Assembly (NCBI GenBank): GCA_016703065.1
Contig: JADJCU010000001.1
Location: forward strand, 123,098 to 187,097
DNA length: 64,000 nucleotides
Direction of reading: 5' to 3'
Origin: a bacterium
GTDB taxonomy: Bacteria; Electryoneota; RPQS01
A model generated the notes under the pieces. The model saw nothing but the letters and a program-made list of their open reading frames with translations. It was not told the origin of the DNA and made no database searches. The position numbers were made by a program, and so were the translations under genes. This document shows, one piece after another, positions 60,039-64,000 of this stretch (within the stretch, counting starts at the first letter, position 1; each line of letters opens with the position of its first letter).

Positions 60039-62153
60039 GTGTCCAAGGTTTATCTCTGTCTCGAACTGCATAATCATCAGCCGATCGGCAACTTTGACCA
60101 CGTCATTGCCGAAGCGTATGAAAAAAGCTATAAGCCGTTTCTGCAAACGCTGCTCGACTTCCCACATATCAAGTTGAGCTTGCACACGTCGGGCTGTCTG
60201 CTCGAATGGTGCGAGTCGCATCTCAAAGACTACTTGGACCTCGTTGGCAAGCTGCACGACCGCGGGCAGATTGAGCTGATCGGCGGAGCGTTCTATGAAC
60301 CGGTGCTCGCCGCTATTCCGCGCGATGACGCACTGGAACACTTCGCGCGTATGCACGACTACCTGCGCCGCAGATTCGGTGCCGCACCACGCGGAGCATG
60401 GCTGCCGGAACGGGTTTGGGAGCCCGGATTTGCGGCGACGCTGGTCGATGCCGGAGTTGAATATATCTCAATGGACGACGACCTCTTTCTGGCGGCCGGA
60501 CATCTGCCCGAAGAGCTGAACGGCTACTATATGACCGAGGCGCACAACGGGCCGCTGGCGATGTTCCCGAACCATCAGGCGCTGCGTTACGCGATTCCGT
60601 TCCGCGAGCCGGAAGCGACGTTTGACTATATCTTCGAGCAGGCGGATGGCAGGCCGAATTCACTTTTCCTGATGGGTGATGACGGTGAGAAATTCGGACT
60701 CTGGCCGCGCACGTACAAGCCGATCTATGAGGACGGCTGGCTCAAGAGCTTCTTCACCGCGCTAACCGACCACTCCAATGACGTCGAACTGCTGACAATG
60801 GCGGAGGCGCGCGATCGCATTCGCCCCAAGGGCCGAACCTATTTGCCGACCGGTTCCTATTTCGAGATGGGCGAGTGGACGCTGCCCACAGCCGCTCGAA
60901 AGAAGTTCGTGCACTTCGTTCATGAACTCAAAGAGCGGGATGATTGGCCGCAGGTCAGACCGTTTGTGCAAGGCGGCTTCTGGCGCGGATTTATGCGCAA
61001 GTATCCCGAAGCAAATCTGCTGCAGAAGAAAATGCTGAGGGTCTCGCGCAAGTTCTATTCACTCTCAACACGCAAGACCGACCCGTCCTATCAAACTCAG
61101 GTGCTGCGCGGACAGTGTAATTGCCCGTATTGGCACGGCGTGTTCGGCGGACTCTATCTCCCGCATCTTCGCCACGCCGTGTGGAAAGAGCTGATTCAGG
61201 CCGAGTTTACGCTCGACAACTTGCTGCACCGGGGCCGTAAATGGGTTGAAGTGCAGCCGACCGATCACGATATGGACGGGCGAATCGAGTATCTGATTGA
61301 GAACGCGTATATGAACGCGTATCTGACACCCCATGAAGGCGGCGCGCTATTCGAGTGGGACTATCGCCCGCGCGGTTACAACATTCTCAACTCCCTGACC
61401 CGCCGCGAAGAGCCCTATCACATCGACGTAGCGCGGGCGACCGTTGCCGATCCGAATGATGACTCCGCGGTCGAGTCGATTCATGATCTTGTGCTGAAGA
61501 AGGAGATCGGTCTCGAAACGCTTGTGACCGTCGACCGTTGGCCGCGCAGGTCACTGCTCGACCACTTCCACGGATTTGACGGTACGATTGACCAGTTCCG
61601 CGCCGGACTTTTAGCCGACTACGCCGATTTCCTTACCGGCGAATACGAGATGAGCGAGATGTTCACCGACGGCGTCACACTCACCCGCACCGGAAAGCTC
61701 GGCACACTGCCCGTACGCATTGCCAAGACGATTCGCGCGCAGTCCGGACAGGCCGTGCTCGATGTCGAGTATGCCCTCAGCAACCTCTCGACACAGGAGT
61801 TTCACGGTCCGTTCGGCATTGAGTGGAATTTCGCGTTGATGGCGCCGAACTCGGAACAGCACTATGTCTCACTGCCGGACGCCAACGTCTCCCGCAGACC
61901 GCTGCGCGAAGTAGCCGAACATCGTGATGTAGCGCGGGTGCTGCTTGCCGATGAGCATGAAGGCGTAGCGGCAAACATCGAATGCTCAGTCCCGGCGCGA
62001 CTGTGGCGCGTGCCGATCGAAAGCGTGTCGCTTTCCGAAGGCGGATTCGAGCGTGTCTTTCAATCAGTCGCGCTGCTCTTCTCGTGGGAACTGCGCTTGC
62101 TGCCAGGAGAAGTCTGGCGTTGCAAATTCACTGCGGAACTGTCCGATAAGTAA
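60039..62153 (+). CDS. Glycoside hydrolase family 57 alpha-glucan enzyme (alpha-amylase/4-alpha-glucanotransferase type)
   Basis: GH57 conserved regions in order: LHNHQP, GQIELIGGAFYEP, AWLPERVW, catalytic LMGDDGEKFG. Confidence 0.85.
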   Translation: MSKVYLCLELHNHQPIGNFDHVIAEAYEKSYKPFLQTLLDFPHIKLSLHTSGCLLEWCESHLKDYLDLVGKLHDRGQIELIGGAFYEPVLAAIPRDDALEHFARMHDYLRRRFGAAPRGAWLPERVWEPGFAATLVDAGVEYISMDDDLFLAAGHLPEELNGYYMTEAHNGPLAMFPNHQALRYAIPFREPEATFDYIFEQADGRPNSLFLMGDDGEKFGLWPRTYKPIYEDGWLKSFFTALTDHSNDVELLTMAEARDRIRPKGRTYLPTGSYFEMGEWTLPTAARKKFVHFVHELKERDDWPQVRPFVQGGFWRGFMRKYPEANLLQKKMLRVSRKFYSLSTRKTDPSYQTQVLRGQCNCPYWHGVFGGLYLPHLRHAVWKELIQAEFTLDNLLHRGRKWVEVQPTDHDMDGRIEYLIENAYMNAYLTPHEGGALFEWDYRPRGYNILNSLTRREEPYHIDVARATVADPNDDSAVESIHDLVLKKEIGLETLVTVDRWPRRSLLDHFHGFDGTIDQFRAGLLADYADFLTGEYEMSEMFTDGVTLTRTGKLGTLPVRIAKTIRAQSGQAVLDVEYALSNLSTQEFHGPFGIEWNFALMAPNSEQHYVSLPDANVSRRPLREVAEHRDVARVLLADEHEGVAANIECSVPARLWRVPIESVSLSEGGFERVFQSVALLFSWELRLLPGEVWRCKFTAELSDK

Positions 62154-62159
62154 GCCCTC

Positions 62160-64000
62160 GTGACTCTCGTCCTGCTTCTGCTGCTCCTGTGCGGCGGCCT
62201 TGTGCATGCGCAAGAGGCCGAGCCGGACACGACCGCCAAACGTGATGGCGTCGACTCGGTGATCACATACAGCGCCGACGCGATTGACTTCGATGTGCTC
62301 ACACGCACCACAATCCTGGAAGGAAACGCGCGAATCGTCTACAAGGATATGGAGCTCACTGCGGGCCGCATCGAGCTCAATTGGGACGAACAGATCATGA
62401 TCGCAAGAGCGCGCGCCGACTCGGTTTTTACCGACAGCACGCGCACCGAGCTTGATACCGTACTCTGGATCGACCCGCCGCACTTCAAGCAGGCCGCGGA
62501 GGAATTTACCGGTGAAGAGATCGCCTATAACCTGAAGTCGAAAATCGGACGCGTGAAAAGCGGCCGCACGGCCTACCAGGACGGCAGCTACTACGGACAA
62601 CAGTTCAAACGTATTTCGGACGACGTTCTTACTGTGCGGCATGGCGAGTTCACAACCTGCGAACTCGACGCGCCGCACTTTCATTTTGGTGCGGACGTCT
62701 TGAAGATTCAGGTCGGGGAGCGGGTCGTGGCCCGTCCGGTCTATTTGTATTTTGACGATGTTCCCGTGCTCGCGCTGCCGTACGGTATCTTCCCCGTCCA
62801 GAAGGGCCGTACCTCCGGGTTCATCACGCCCGTCTTCGGCGAGTCCGCGTCGCAGGGACGATCGCTGCGCAACATTGGATACTACTGGGCCACGTCCGAT
62901 TATATGGATGTGCTCGGCACCATTGACTATTTCGAGTCGTACGGTGTCTTGGGCCGCTCCAAATTCCGCTACGCGAAACGCTACGCGCTTAACGGCAACG
63001 CCGATTTTGATTTCGACACGCAGCGGCGCGGGGCGTCGCGCAATCGCCGCTGGAAGTTGAGCGCCGACCATCAGCAGACGATCAATCAGACCACGCGTCT
63101 TTCCGCGAGCGGCGGATATGTGTCAGATAAGAGCTACAACGCCGACGTCGGATCCATCAACGATCAGTTGAGTCAAACCGTGCGGTCCAATGCTACGCTG
63201 TCCAAGTCTTGGAACAACTCGCCATGGACTGCGAGCGTTAACGCCGGCTTTACGCAGAATATCAAACAGGAAACGTGGTCGGCTTCGCTCCCCGCGATTC
63301 GCTTCACGCACAAACAGGGTCAGCTGTTTCCGCCGGTGAAGGCGCCGAAAGGCATTCGCTTCGCAACGGCGCCGAAAGAGACCGACGAACCGTGGTACCG
63401 CGCCTTCACGTGGACCTACGCCGCCGCATACGCCAACGACTTCTCGCGGCCTCTCACGTTTCAAGAGATCGCTCTGCGGCCCGGCCCGGTGCGTATTGAT
63501 GGTCGCCAGGATACGCCGCAAGTGATTCTCGGCGACGACAGCCTGGGTGTGATTCAGCGCGACGGTCTGGCACACAATGGCGCGGGTGGAGCGACCGCGA
63601 AGCTGCTGCGCTATCTCAATTTGAATCCGTCGCTCGATTGGAAGCACGTCTGGACGCGCCGGTATTGCACTACCAACCTGACGGTGAGCCGCTCGACCGG
63701 CAGGTTAAGGATGGCTTCTTCACACGCACGACATTCGATGTTGGCAGTTCCGCTTCGACGAAGCTTTACGGACTCGCGCGCAATCCGTTCGGCGTCGGCG
63801 CGCAGTTCCGGCACGTTATGACTCCCACCGTCAGCTTTCGCTATCGTCCCGATTTCGCCGACGAAAAATGGGGATACTTCGAAACTGCGCGACTTGCCGA
63901 CGGACGCGAATACCAATACGACCGCTTTCGCTCCGCTGACCAAGGTTCCGTTGTTGGCGCAACCCCGACGGGACGGTCCGAAGCCATGAGCTTCTCGCTG
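62160..64000 (+). CDS. lptD: LPS-assembly outer-membrane protein LptD (OstA family), runs off the window end; 1-nt frameshift near 63660
   Basis: Signal peptide; N-terminal OstA/LptA-like domain (..ITYSADAIDFDVLTRTTILEGNARIVYKDMELTAGRIELNW..); barrel region with ..VARPVYLYFDDVPVLALPYGIFPV... After ~63660 the LptD-like sequence continues in the +1 frame (..LHYQPDGEPLDRQVKDGFF...NPFGVGAQFRHVMTPTVSFRYRPDF..). Confidence 0.75.

Overview
High-GC (~60%) bacterial chromosomal segment with dense, mostly minus-strand coding. Many secreted proteins carry Por/T9SS C-terminal sorting domains (ends such as ...NYPNPFNP...K), which points to an FCB-superphylum-like organism; no finer taxonomy is claimed. 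Main content: (i) several T9SS cargo genes, including an S8 subtilisin, a BNR/Asp-box protein, beta-propeller-repeat paralogs and a TonB-dependent receptor/beta-helix lipoprotein operon; (ii) a cargo / FadL-PorV-like barrel / lipoprotein operon; (iii) a homoprotocatechuate (4-hydroxyphenylacetate) meta-cleavage cluster (hpaB, hpaC, hpaD, hpaE, FAH-family, DapA-family) that is interrupted by a small toxin-antitoxin island (hicBA plus MNT/HepT) bracketed by ~63-bp direct repeats and that contains an unexpected membrane fatty-acid-desaturase-like gene; (iv) housekeeping genes (icd, tRNA-Phe, crp, rarA, a clpX-like AAA+ gene, a ROK kinase, GH57, lptD). The window has an unusual number of disrupted genes: single-base frameshifts in the TonB-dependent receptor, a T9SS paralog, the ROK kinase and lptD; a decayed kamA-family radical SAM remnant; and in-frame TAA stops inside conserved regions of rarA and the clpX-like gene. 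TAA is otherwise a genuine stop here, in one case followed directly by an intrinsic terminator. Several AT-rich, ORF-poor patches (4.86-5.24 kb, 30.3-31.5 kb, 47.1-49.6 kb) look like decayed or acquired DNA. No CRISPR array or rRNA was found. The ORF track uses alternative start codons (GTG/TTG shown as M), so several starts were re-chosen by signal-peptide logic. Coordinates counted by hand may be off by 1-2 nt.
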